Virus record (IMG/VR): IMGVR_UViG_3300031994_000064
Span: 18,984-82,983 of that record
Reading direction: 5' to 3' (one strand)
Source: a virus
Lineage: Duplodnaviria > Caudoviricetes
Length of the DNA stretch: 64,000 nt
In this document: positions 48,178 to 58,366 of the stretch, piece after piece
Layout of the letters: the number at the start of each line of letters is the position of its first letter
Position numbering within the stretch: position 1 is the stretch's first letter
Translations under genes and position numbers: made by a program
Notes under the pieces: generated by a model
Told to the model about the DNA's origin: nothing
The model's database searches: none
What the model saw: only the letters and a program-made list of their open reading frames with translations

Positions 48178-48854
48178 CTATCGATACGTGTGCAAGCCGT
48201 CTGTCAGCGGAAGCTACAAAGTGACCGTCAGACCGTACAGCGAACAAGAGGTGATTCACGAGCGTCTTGTGCTTGTCGCCGAAATGTGCATAATGAACCA
48301 GATTGCCGAGGATTTCGCCATACGTCTGACCAACATACCGTTTGTGATGGGGCATTACAAGATGTATGCTAAAAACATGCAGTACCGTTTCAACGATGTG
48401 AAAAGAAAGATAAACCGCAAAGTGCCTTAACAAAAGCATACAGGCGCATTTCAACAAAAGCGTGTGCGAGATTGTAGACGGTCTTGAAGACCACACCAAA
48501 TGGGTCGAGAACCTAATGAAAGGTGAATTGATAAACAACGTCAAGTACGAGTTTGTCGATTGCGTTTTCTGTGTCGGTTTTCTCGGCGGTCTTGTCGATA
48601 TTCTGAACACGATTCACAGAAAGATGTACGGCAAATGGTGCGAAGAGTACGATTCGGTAAAAGAAAGTTTGTGCTATATTGACGACTACGTGTCTTCGCA
48701 GCTGCTCAACGGCGAGAAAAAGCCAAAACTCAACGGCATCAGCGAAGCTTTGACAAAGTTCTTCACGCTGATACACGAAGAAAGCGTGAAATTTGTGGAA
48801 AAGTCAAAACAAGAAAGGAAGATGTTATGTTCAAAAGAGACGATTACGGCTTGA
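48167..48854 (+). pseudogene. Probably one gene split by a 1-nt frameshift near 48419-48421 (ORFs 48167-48430 and 48462-48854)
   Basis: Removing one A from CGCAAAGTGC joins KINR to KCLNKSIQAHFNKSVCEIV in an open frame. Confidence 0.5.
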
Positions 48855-49129
48855 AACAAGCCAAAAGAGAGCAAGCGTACATGCTTATAGTCTCCGTTGA
48901 CGGGAAAATAGCGGGTTATTACAAATACTCGACAGATGTACGAATCTTTGACACGAGGCATTTCGCTTCTTTGCAAAAACGGATGCTGATGATGAACATC
49001 AACGAGTACGAATGGATGACAGACGAAACACGAGAGACAAAAATCACGACAGCTGCTGATTTGTACGACAAGATACAATGGACAAGCAAAGGTTTCAAAA
49101 TAGACGGAGAAAACGTGCCGATAAACTAA
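48827..49129 (+). CDS. Hypothetical protein
   Basis: Overlapping ORF chain. Confidence 0.55.
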   Translation: MFKRDDYGLKQAKREQAYMLIVSVDGKIAGYYKYSTDVRIFDTRHFASLQKRMLMMNINEYEWMTDETRETKITTAADLYDKIQWTSKGFKIDGENVPIN

Positions 49130-49336
49130 CGGAACGCGCCAGCCACAAAGAGGCGCAAGATGTAAAATTTGTCATGATACTATCGCACGCCGGAGCGGAT
49201 AAGTCCGGCAAACATACGGTGACAACAGAGACGGTCACACCGCAAAAAAGACGCAGCGTTCTTTAACCCAAAATTAAACAATAAAAACAAGCAGCCGTGA
49301 GCAATCATATCCACGAGCATTTTCACGGCTGCACAC

Positions 49337-49401
49337 GGTGGTGAGGCTTGCGACGGAGCAAGATGTAACAATAGGACGCGGTTCGACCCCGCACACCACC
49401 G
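49337..49401 (+). ncRNA. 65-nt tRNA-like RNA lacking an anticodon arm
   Basis: Acceptor GGTGGTG/CACCACC, CTTGC/GCAAG arm with GG loop, T-arm GCGG-TTCGACC-CCGC. Confidence 0.6.
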
Positions 49402-49486
49402 CAAAGGTTCTCGACAACCGAAATTCGGCAAAACCAAGGCTCGCCAAAACTCTGGACTGCCTTACAAACAAGAAGGCTCAAACGAC

Positions 49487-49595
49487 ACGTGCGATAGGGT
49501 GCTAAACGGATAGTCACCATGAACGGCGCAGACGGCAGAAATGCCGTTGAACTCGGAACGTAGGACATTAGTCGGTTCGACTCCGACCGCACGTG
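49487..49595 (+). ncRNA. 109-nt tRNA-like RNA with non-canonical anticodon region
   Basis: Acceptor ACGTGCG/CGCACGT, D-like GGTG/CACC arm, T-arm GTCGG-TTCGACT-CCGAC; middle is a GAAA-capped hairpin. Confidence 0.6.
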
Positions 49596-49620
49596 CAAAA
49601 ACACAAAAGCAAAAAAGCAA

Positions 49621-49926
49621 ATGGAGAATTTACTTGAATGGCAAAAAATGATTAGAAAAAACAACAGAAGAAGATGGAACGAACCGAAAAAGATAGAAAA
49701 AGACGTTTCGGGTCTTACATACGCCAAGCGCAAAGGCGTGACGTGCGTCTATGTTGACACCGAAACGGGCGAAATCATGCAGTTCGGCACGAGCAAGTCG
49801 CTTGCAAACAACTCTATATTGTGGGAAGGAATGTTCCCGACACGCAAGATGCAGGCGATTTACACAAAAGATTATGAAAAATTTATAGAAGAGTTAATTT
49901 TCAAACAAAAAAACAACAAGTCATGA
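49621..49926 (+). CDS. Hypothetical protein
   Basis: ORF chain. Confidence 0.55.
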   Translation: MENLLEWQKMIRKNNRRRWNEPKKIEKDVSGLTYAKRKGVTCVYVDTETGEIMQFGTSKSLANNSILWEGMFPTRKMQAIYTKDYEKFIEELIFKQKNNKS

Positions 49927-50177
49927 GCAGAAGCAGAAGTTTAAGAAGATTTCAGAAAAGGCACATTTCAGATGCACTCGGTCTTGAAACGGTCATAAAC
50001 CCGCACAAAAGACAACAGCCGAGAAAAGGTTACCACTTGCAAGAAATACCGATTTTCGTTGACGAAAACGGAGACGTGGTGAAAAACCAGTTCAAAGCAT
50101 ACAAGGTGCTTGATGTTTGGAAACACGCTGACCGTCACCAATATGTTGGCAGCAAATTCATTTTTCACGAAAAATAA
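49923..50177 (+). CDS. Hypothetical protein
   Basis: ORF chain. Confidence 0.5.
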   Translation: MSRSRSLRRFQKRHISDALGLETVINPHKRQQPRKGYHLQEIPIFVDENGDVVKNQFKAYKVLDVWKHADRHQYVGSKFIFHEK

Positions 50178-50185
50178 TCGAAGCG

Positions 50186-50665
50186 ATGAAAATACGATAC
50201 AGAAGAATCAAGAACAGCGACGGCAGCGTTGTTGACAAAATCGAAAGACTGCCTCAAGGCGATTGGATAGACCTGCGCACCCGTGAAAGAATCAGTGTTT
50301 TGAGCGGCGAATACCACGAGATAACGCTTGGCATTGCAATGGAGCTGCCCGCAGGGTTCGAGGCTGTTGTTTTGCCGAGAAGCAGCACATATAGAAAATA
50401 CGGAATGCTGCTCGCCAACGGTCAAGGGGTAATTGACGAAAGCTATAGAGCAGACACAGACGAATGGCATTTTCTCGCCGTTTGCCAAAAAGCCGTAGAG
50501 ATACCATCTAACACCCGTATCTGCCAATTCAGAATACAACCCAACCAGTTCGCGACACCATGGCAGAAAATCAAATGGTTGTTCACGCGCAAAATCGAGT
50601 TTATAGAGGTTGACTGTCTTGGCAACGTGGCACGAGGCGGTCTTGGTTCAACTGGTAGTAACTAA
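50186..50665 (+). CDS. dut: dUTPase
   Basis: DWIDL, LPRSST, GVIDESYR, ICQF, RGGLGSTG motifs. Confidence 0.92.
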   Translation: MKIRYRRIKNSDGSVVDKIERLPQGDWIDLRTRERISVLSGEYHEITLGIAMELPAGFEAVVLPRSSTYRKYGMLLANGQGVIDESYRADTDEWHFLAVCQKAVEIPSNTRICQFRIQPNQFATPWQKIKWLFTRKIEFIEVDCLGNVARGGLGSTGSN

Positions 50666-50675
50666 AACAATAATT

Positions 50676-51005
50676 ATGGGAAGGATTGTTTCAAAGCAGC
50701 CAAACGGATTGTATTGTGTTTTTAGCACAATCGTTGACAATTTCACAATCTGCGACTTGACAGAGGAGGAATATATTGAATATCGAGTAGAAAAAGCAAA
50801 AGAGGAGGCAATGGAAGACGCAAAGCGTGTTCTGAAAAAACATTTGCAACCTTTTGAATCTGTGATAAATAATTTTAATCCTTCAAGCAATGAAGATTTA
50901 CAAGATTTTATAAAACTTTTGAAACTTGTTGGTTGCGCCGATGACAAAATAAAAGAATTTGAAGAAAAAAAAATAAAACGGCTTGAAGAATATGACAAAG
51001 AGTGA
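50676..51005 (+). CDS. Hypothetical protein
   Basis: KQPNGLYCVFSTIVD start. Confidence 0.55.
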   Translation: MGRIVSKQPNGLYCVFSTIVDNFTICDLTEEEYIEYRVEKAKEEAMEDAKRVLKKHLQPFESVINNFNPSSNEDLQDFIKLLKLVGCADDKIKEFEEKKIKRLEEYDKE

Positions 51006-51204
51006 TTTAGACACCGCAATTACGATGGTTTACGGCAACCTCGGTCACATCAAGGACGTGACGAATGTGACTATTGACGATTTCAAAGACGAGATTGTCT
51101 GCACGGTTTCGGGTCACACATCCCACAATTCGGCGAAGACACCGATGCTTGCCCAGATGACACTCACCTTTGACAAACAAGAGGGTTGCTGGCGAATTTC
51201 GTAA
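50992..51204 (+). CDS. Hypothetical protein
   Basis: Overlapping ORF chain. Confidence 0.45.
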   Translation: MTKSDLDTAITMVYGNLGHIKDVTNVTIDDFKDEIVCTVSGHTSHNSAKTPMLAQMTLTFDKQEGCWRIS

Positions 51205-51221
51205 ACAAAAACATCAAAATT

Positions 51222-52238
51222 ATGAAAGAGAAGGATTTTGTTGATAAAATTTTCTGTTGTGACGTAGTACAAGGTCTTAAAGAACTTCCCGACAATTCTG
51301 TTGATTGCTGCGTGACATCTCCGCCTTATTACAACGTTAGAGACTATGGTGTTGACGGTCAAATCGGGCTCGAACAAACACCTGCTGAATATGTTGAACG
51401 AATAACACAAGTGTTTTCAGAAGTTTTTAGAGTGCTTAAACCAACAGGTACGCTCTGGTTGAATATTGGAGACACATACAATGGCACAAAACTTGGAAAC
51501 ACAAACGCAAAATTCAAACAAGTAAATTCAAAAGATTTTAACAAAAAGCAATGGTGCGGGGCAAAAAACAAAGATTTGCTTGGTATTCCGTGGATGGTTG
51601 CTTTTGCGCTTCGTGACAAAGTTGGTTTTTATCTTCGTAACGACATTATTTGGGAAAAACCGAATTGTATGCCAGAATCGGTAACAGACCGATGCACAAG
51701 GGCGCACGAGTACATTTTTTTGATGTCTAAATCGCAAAAGTATTATTTTGACTACGAGTCCATAAGCGAGCCTTGTTCTGACCAAAAAAGAACAAATTTT
51801 CAGAGTGGAAGTCGCAGCAATGGTAAAAACAAAGACAGAAACGATAACGATTTAGGAGAACGCATCAAAACGTGGCAACCTCGCACTAAAACTTGCAATA
51901 TGACGGTCAACCACCGCATACCCATGCACATAAATAGAGAGCTTGGCATACCCGACAAAGAATATACGGTAAGAAACAAGCGAACTGTTTGGCACGTGAA
52001 CAGTTGCCCCGACCCGTGCGCCCATTTTGCCGTTTACCCCGAAAAACTGATAGAACCTTGCATTCTCGCTGGTTGCCCGAAAGACGGCGTTGTTTTAGAC
52101 CCGTTTATGGGCAGCGGTACAACTGCAAAAGTTGCACAAAGGTTTGACCGCCATTATGTCGGTTTTGAAATCAACCCCGAATATGTAGAGATTGCAAAAA
52201 AGAAACTTTCGGCTGTTCAGAAAGAACTGTTTGTGTAA
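51222..52238 (+). CDS. Site-specific DNA methyltransferase, N4/N6 beta class
   Basis: Catalytic TSPPYY precedes SAM-binding VLDPFMGSGTT. Confidence 0.92.
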   Translation: MKEKDFVDKIFCCDVVQGLKELPDNSVDCCVTSPPYYNVRDYGVDGQIGLEQTPAEYVERITQVFSEVFRVLKPTGTLWLNIGDTYNGTKLGNTNAKFKQVNSKDFNKKQWCGAKNKDLLGIPWMVAFALRDKVGFYLRNDIIWEKPNCMPESVTDRCTRAHEYIFLMSKSQKYYFDYESISEPCSDQKRTNFQSGSRSNGKNKDRNDNDLGERIKTWQPRTKTCNMTVNHRIPMHINRELGIPDKEYTVRNKRTVWHVNSCPDPCAHFAVYPEKLIEPCILAGCPKDGVVLDPFMGSGTTAKVAQRFDRHYVGFEINPEYVEIAKKKLSAVQKELFV

Positions 52239-52388
52239 AAGCCAATCAAATTCTTGCGAAAAAACGAAGAGAATCGGGCTGGTTTGCCATAACAGAATTT
52301 GCCATAAATTTTTCAACCGTCTGATTCTCTTTTTGTTATGAAAGAAAATTTATTTTTATAAAAATGTTCAGCGTATTGGTATTTTTTG

Positions 52389-52396
52389 TATCTTTG
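52389..52396 (+). promoter_or_regulatory. -7 promoter box
   Basis: TATCTTTG. Confidence 0.65.
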
Positions 52397-52421
52397 TCAC
52401 ATCAAATTAAAACAAACAGTT

Positions 52422-53586
52422 ATGAAAGAAATGAAATTTGAAATCCCCGCTGGATATGAGGTTGACAAAATCGAAACGCAAGACGGCCACATAGTGGTCA
52501 CGTTCAAGGAAAAAGAGCGGGAACTGCCGAAATCTTGGGAGGAGTTCTGCGAAATGAACCCGATAAAAGACGGAGAGTGTTATATTGGAATTTCCTCAAA
52601 TATCGTTGAAATTGACGAGCCTCTTGATAAAAGGCAACCTGAAGAAGACTGCAACATACTCCCCGACTACGCCACCGCAGAGGCCGTCCTAGCGCTGTGC
52701 CAGCTCATCCAGCTGCGCAACTGCTATAACGGCGACTGGGTGCCGGATTGGAACAAAAATGAAACAAAAGTTGTGATTGATTTCTGCCGTGATGGAGATT
52801 TAAGAACTTTTTACGCGCAAGGTGAGGTTTCATTACTTGCTTTCAAAGACAAAGAAACTGCTGAAGAGTTCCTGCGCTACTTCCGCGACCTCATCGAAAA
52901 ATTGAAACCGCTGTACGGCATCAAGGAAGGAGGCGAGGAATGTTAAAAGAGACAAAAGACAGTTATGAAGGTATGCTTGAAAGCGCAATTTCTTGGTTCG
53001 AGGACATCGCAGAGATGTGTGCAAAACTCACAAGCGGCAATGTCTCGCATCAAGGCGCATCTATAAGAGGTAAAGCGATAAGAGCGGCAGAATATATAAA
53101 GAAAAGAATGAAAGGAGGTTTCTGATGGCAAAGAAAAAGCAAGAAAGCAAACACGTCTATCAGCTTGAATTAACCGAGCGACAGGCAAGGATATTGTCTT
53201 ATGCATGTGACCAGTTCTCACGCCTTATCTGTGGGCAAGACTGGTCTTACCAAGAACTCTTTGAGGCTGCTTGGGAGAAACGCTGCAAAGAAGCCACCGG
53301 AAATATGATGGACAAAGAGTTTGAAGGCGGTTGGTATGAGATGAGAGCCGACGCGGAAGATATTTGCAAGCAGGCAAAGAAAAGATTTTGGGGTTGCGAA
53401 TCAAACGCCATGTATGGAGTCAATTATGACGACACGGCAGATATTCTTTTCAGTATGCATCAAGTTTTAAGGCATCAATTATGGATTGACCGTCCAGAAG
53501 ACCAAAAGTCACATATTACAGTTGATTCTAACGAAGCAATGCAGTATGGCAGCGAACCTTTGGCAAAAATCAAAAAAATCAAATAG
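52422..53586 (+). other. Three small hypothetical genes (52422-52946, 52940-53125, 53125-53586)
   Basis: Abutting or overlapping co-oriented ORFs. Confidence 0.55.
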
Positions 53587-53588
53587 TT

Positions 53589-53990
53589 ATGCGTGAAATT
53601 AAATTTCGAGGAAAAAGCATAAAAGACGGCGAATTTGAATACGGAAGTTTACTAACTTATCAAAGAAGCATAGATATTGAAGGAGACGACCGCGTTTTTT
53701 CCGCAATAAGTTACGAAGGACTTGAACCAATAGAAGTTGAGCCAAATACCGTTGGACAGTTTACGGGTCTGTACGACAAGAACGGCAAGGAAATTTACGA
53801 AGGAGACATCGTTAAGGTGGATTCATTATGGTGCGAAAAAAAATGCACTATGATAGTATCGTGGATGGAAGATATGGGAAGATGGTTTATGTATTACACA
53901 AAAAACCACGGGTATCTTTATCCGCAAGATTTAGAAGAAATTGAAGTAATTGGAAACATTCATGAAAAAAAACAAGAAGATGAACAGTGA
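53589..53990 (+). CDS. YopX-family protein
   Basis: MREIKFRGK..VGQFTGLYDKNGKEIYEGDIV..EVIGNIHE. Confidence 0.85.
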   Translation: MREIKFRGKSIKDGEFEYGSLLTYQRSIDIEGDDRVFSAISYEGLEPIEVEPNTVGQFTGLYDKNGKEIYEGDIVKVDSLWCEKKCTMIVSWMEDMGRWFMYYTKNHGYLYPQDLEEIEVIGNIHEKKQEDEQ

Positions 53991-55799
53991 TTTCGCATAT
54001 TGTAAAGGTAAAATATTTCAGCAAGGAGTACTTGAAATGAAAGATTGCCCGAAAAGAAACACCTGTAAACGATACTTGCCGGTATTGCACGACGTTCATT
54101 TTACAGTACCGTCTATACCGCCAAAAAACGATTATCTTTGTTGGGTGCAAGCACACGAATGCGAGAAAAGAGATTACATTTTATATTTGAAATACAATGA
54201 AAAAAGTGAATAAAGACCCGTTCAGCAACGGTACGGAATATATGATGTTTGAAGACGCTTGCTGCTGCAAGTGCGTAAAGGCAAGTATGCCAAAAGGTGA
54301 TTATACCTATACGAATTGCGACGAAAACAATATGCCGAACCGTTGCTCAATCCAACGCGATATTTTCACGCGAATGCACTCTTATGAACCTATCAAAGAG
54401 CTCACAATCCAAATCTGTCACGATTTCATTATGAAAGGCACACTTTGTCCGTATATGCAGACCGAACGTAAAAAGTACACAAAGAGAGACAAGAACCAAT
54501 TAAATTTAGAGTTATGAGCGAATATCACGTAAGGACAGACAAGAAAACAGGAATGCTTTCAACTCAAGTAAAGTCTATGCTTGAATCTCTCGGTTATGAG
54601 TTGCAAAAGCGCGGTTCGTTTTACTACATTGACCTCTGCCCGTGGAGCCATGAACGAATAGCAAGAGAACTAAACTGCTGCGTTACATCAGATTGGTGCG
54701 TTGAACCACATACATTAACAATTGAAAATTTAGATTTATGAAAGACCAGACATTTTACATTATTGAACTTGACGGAGTGCTGCAACCCACGCACTACGAC
54801 ACCTATGACGAAGCCTACAAAGGCATAATCGCCGCTTTCAAAGAAAATCCAGAAACCAAGTGCGGCGGCATCGCCAAATGCACCTACAAAGACCTAAACG
54901 TGACAATAAAAAACAAAAAGTAAACGATATGAGTAGAAGGTTTTATGTCATAATGTGTATATTCACGAGCTGCGTTATGCTTGCGTGCTTGATAAAATCT
55001 TTTATTGAAAAAGAATATTTTTTAGTTTTTTGCAATACGTTGTGGATTGTGGTAAACATTCAAGCCTTTGCAATATACAACAGAGCGGAAACAATCAAGA
55101 ATTTCATAGAAGAAAGGTTAGATGAACATGAAAAAAGAAACAATGAAAGTGAGAATTAAAGACACAGACGAAATTGTCGAGGTGCGCAAAGTCGGCACAA
55201 ACACCTACCTTGACGAAACAAACAAGGAAATCTACAATAGCGAAGATTTCGACATTATCGAAGACACAAACAACGGCGGCAATATGCCCTTTGGCGTTGT
55301 GCCGCCCGAAGAGTTCTTCAAAGGTCTAAAAGAGGTCATCGGCACACGTGAAAAGCAGATGAAAGACGAATACGCGAAGATGATACTCTCTTACGAGATG
55401 TCGCTGACAATAGAGGTGGTCAAGAAAAGACCTTTCATGTCGCCCGAGAGAGTGTACAAGAAGGTGTCGCAAATCGTCAAAAACACCCTTAAAAGACTTG
55501 ATTAGGATATGAACACGCAAGAACCGCTGCCGAGCATAAAAGAGGTCAATATCGCGGCTTTCCGGCTTGAAGAAAAGTACATGGCAGAAGAGAGAAGAAA
55601 AGCCGAAGACCTCAACGACAAGAAAGCCGCGTGGATGTCGGTGGCTCTCGAAAAAGGTTTGCAGAACCTCAATTCACGCGACAGAAAGTTTGCCGAACAG
55701 TACCTAAAAGAGAATGTTCACTACTCTCTGCACTTCATGTTCAAGCCGTGGCTTGGTCAATTTATTGAACAGCAAAGAGTTAGATACGGGCTTAAATAA
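53980..55799 (+). other. Run of small hypothetical genes (53980-54213, 54197-54517, 54514-54741, 54738-54923, 54929-55159, 55122-55505, 55509-55799)
   Basis: Tightly packed co-oriented ORFs. Confidence 0.55.
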
Positions 55800-55846
55800 G
55801 CGAAAAAATATTTTTATAAAAGTGTTGAACGTATAGAAATATTTTG

Positions 55847-55854
55847 TATCTTTG
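55847..55854 (+). promoter_or_regulatory. -7 box of replication operon, followed by leader hairpin 55880-55929
   Basis: TATCTTTG; TCGGTCGGG/CCCGACCGA stem. Confidence 0.65.
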
Positions 55855-55981
55855 CGGTCGAAAAAGGTAATTTAAGTTCATCGGTCGGGCGGTGGTGTCA
55901 ACCGTCTCTTCACCGCCTCAACCCGACCGATTGATTTTCAAAAAAAAAACAAAGAGACGGACAACAAAAAGAGACGGAATT

Positions 55982-56467
55982 ATGGACAAACAAGACAAAG
56001 CGTTCAGAGAGGCTTGCAAGCATTTCTTTGATGACAACTGGGACAAGCCGCTCGAAAAAGAGAAAAAGAAACGCAAAACAGAGAAATTCGACTTCACAAA
56101 GGCTCTTGTCGAAATCGGAGTCAACGAAGAGGTTGCAAACGACTGGATGACTGTCCGCAAACAGAAGAAAGCTGCCAACACACGCACGGCGTTCAATATG
56201 CTGCTCGGTCAGCTCTCGAAAATCAGAGAGAAATACAAGATTACCAACAACGACATCATCATGGTCTGCGTGGCTCGTGATTGGCGCGGCTGCGCGGCTT
56301 CGTGGTTTGACAACATCAACTTCGCAGACTACGGCATAGATACCGCTGTACAAAACAACAATTTACCGAATATCAACCAAAACATACCGAATTATGGAAG
56401 AACAAGACATCAAGAGGCTTTTGTCAGAACTTTCACTGAGGAAGACCAACAGAACCAAGTCTTTTAA
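55982..56467 (+). CDS. Putative replication initiator C-terminal-type protein
   Basis: DWMTVRKQKKAANTRTAF..RDWRG pattern; precedes DnaC-like ATPase. Confidence 0.55.
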   Translation: MDKQDKAFREACKHFFDDNWDKPLEKEKKKRKTEKFDFTKALVEIGVNEEVANDWMTVRKQKKAANTRTAFNMLLGQLSKIREKYKITNNDIIMVCVARDWRGCAASWFDNINFADYGIDTAVQNNNLPNINQNIPNYGRTRHQEAFVRTFTEEDQQNQVF

Positions 56468-57077
56468 GCCCAAGTACGATTCGCCCGCCATAGCCACGGA
56501 AGAACTTTCCTACGCCGTGCAAGTCGAGGTGGAGACACTCGGTCACAAAATCATAGTTGACGAAGACCTTATGAAACGCTTGTCGGAGATTGGCAGATGG
56601 CTTGCAGACCCCGACGACACGGGCTTGCTTCTCTACGGCAATGTCGGGAGCGGCAAAACGACGGTTATGGACGCTATCTCTAACTTATTTTCTACCAAAA
56701 ACATACAGCACAAAGGCGTGAACATCGGATTCAAACGGCTTGAAAGCGTGGAACTGTACCAGATGTACAAGTTCAAGTACTCCGAGTTCGACGAAATCAA
56801 GAAATGCCCGCTGCTCGCCATCGACGACTTCGGCATTGAGCCCGTCTATATCAACGTCTTCGGCACGGACATCTCGCCCATCAGCGAACTGCTCTACCAC
56901 CGCTACCAGAACCGCCTGACCACAATCATCACCACCAACCTCGCCGTTGACGAGATACGCAAACGCTACGGCGACCGCATTGCCGACAGATTCAACGAGA
57001 TGATGCACCCAGTGTTGTTTGCCAACGGGTCATATCGACAACTCAACAAAAAGAACCAGCAAAACCAGCAGCAATGA
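56394..57077 (+). CDS. DnaC/IstB-like AAA+ ATPase (helicase loader)
   Basis: Walker A GNVGSGKT, Walker B LAIDDFG, TIITTNL, RYGDRIADRF. Confidence 0.88.
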   Translation: MEEQDIKRLLSELSLRKTNRTKSFKPKYDSPAIATEELSYAVQVEVETLGHKIIVDEDLMKRLSEIGRWLADPDDTGLLLYGNVGSGKTTVMDAISNLFSTKNIQHKGVNIGFKRLESVELYQMYKFKYSEFDEIKKCPLLAIDDFGIEPVYINVFGTDISPISELLYHRYQNRLTTIITTNLAVDEIRKRYGDRIADRFNEMMHPVLFANGSYRQLNKKNQQNQQQ

Positions 57078-58275
57078 GAGAAAAACAACCAAAAATCGCA
57101 ATGGAAGCTATCAGAGAGCAGATAGAGAAAACAGACGGTGTTGAATGCAGATTGAAACCGATGTTCAAACCTCAAGTGCTGATACAGCTTTATGACAAAT
57201 ACAAAACAGAAATTGATATTTACGAATATGCGTCGCCAATATTCAATGTTTTCACAGGGGGTGAATCTATAAGCACGGTAATTTTTCATTTGTCTGTGTT
57301 GCCAAAAGAACTTAAACCTCTTATGATAGACAGAATGATGTGCAACGCTGTTATCGTCACTCCTTGGTACAGTCACACGATTTTAGGCGCGATGGCAGAA
57401 GTTAGAGAGGCAAAATTGTTGATTTATGTTGAAAACCACGATGCGGAAAAATTGATTATAAAACACATAAAGCAATGAATAAACGTATCAAAGCAAAAAG
57501 AAAAACACGTCTGACAGACAACGAGGTCAGAGAGGTGGCGAAAATGCAGCAAGAGATTGACGCGATGTACTATATGCTGTTCCACCTCGCGGCTTTCGCA
57601 AGAGGTGACGGAGATGGCTACGCGCTGCTTGCTTCATCAGACGATGCCGTAAACCACAGCGTCAGAACACTTTACAATTTCATCAAAGAACACAGAGAAA
57701 CCAAAAACGAGTAAAAATGAAAGAAATCAAGGTACAATTAAAGCACGCACAGATAGATGCGCCGCTCGAATGCACGATGAAGTTGAACGACGAGTTTTTC
57801 TTTGTCGATAACTACCATTTTGCGCCAATCATCATACACGAAGAAAGATACATTCCTGTAGAGATGAAATACTACAATTTGATGTGCGGATTTTTGCGAA
57901 CACATCACAAAGAATGGCAAGAGTACATCAAAAAAGCGAAATTCGACCCTACAAACAACAAGGTTTACGACCTAATCAGAGCAAACAACGTGAGAGAATG
58001 GCAAAATAAAGAATCAAAAACTAAATGATATGTTACTTAAAATAACAACAGACGCAACGTGCGTTCCAAAAAAAACAGCGTTAAAACTTGAAACGTACGG
58101 CTTTGACGTTGTATATAAGAAAGACGAATACCGACACAAGAGATATTTTGTCAATATAGACAATATTGAGCAAATTATCAACATCAGAAATATTCTTCAA
58201 TGCGGTATAGAAATTATTGACACCGTTGGAGAAGGGAAAAACATACTGAACATCGAAAGAACAGACTTGTATTAG
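57074..58275 (+). other. Four small hypothetical genes (57074-57478, 57475-57714, 57717-58028, 58030-58275)
   Basis: Abutting co-oriented ORFs. Confidence 0.55.
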
Positions 58276-58354
58276 AAAATGAGTGAAAGAATCAGAGAGG
58301 AAAAGAAATGACAATTTTCATAAAAATTAAAACCAATCGTATTTAATAATTTTG

Positions 58355-58362
58355 TATCTTTG
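58355..58362 (+). promoter_or_regulatory. -7 promoter box of tnpB
   Basis: TATCTTTG, 4 nt before ATG. Confidence 0.7.
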
Positions 58363-58366
58363 CGGC

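Noticed and set aside
49337-49401. tmRNA gene
   Set aside because: No mRNA-like domain or tag ORF between the ends and no G3:U70 pair; kept only as a tRNA-like RNA
49487-49595. Selenocysteine tRNA
   Set aside because: No TCA anticodon loop and no sel genes in the window
54471-54483. 13-nt match to the predicted copy 4 guide (AAAAGTACACAAA)
   Set aside because: Misses the TAM-proximal bases, lacks an adjacent AT and is A-rich; likely chance
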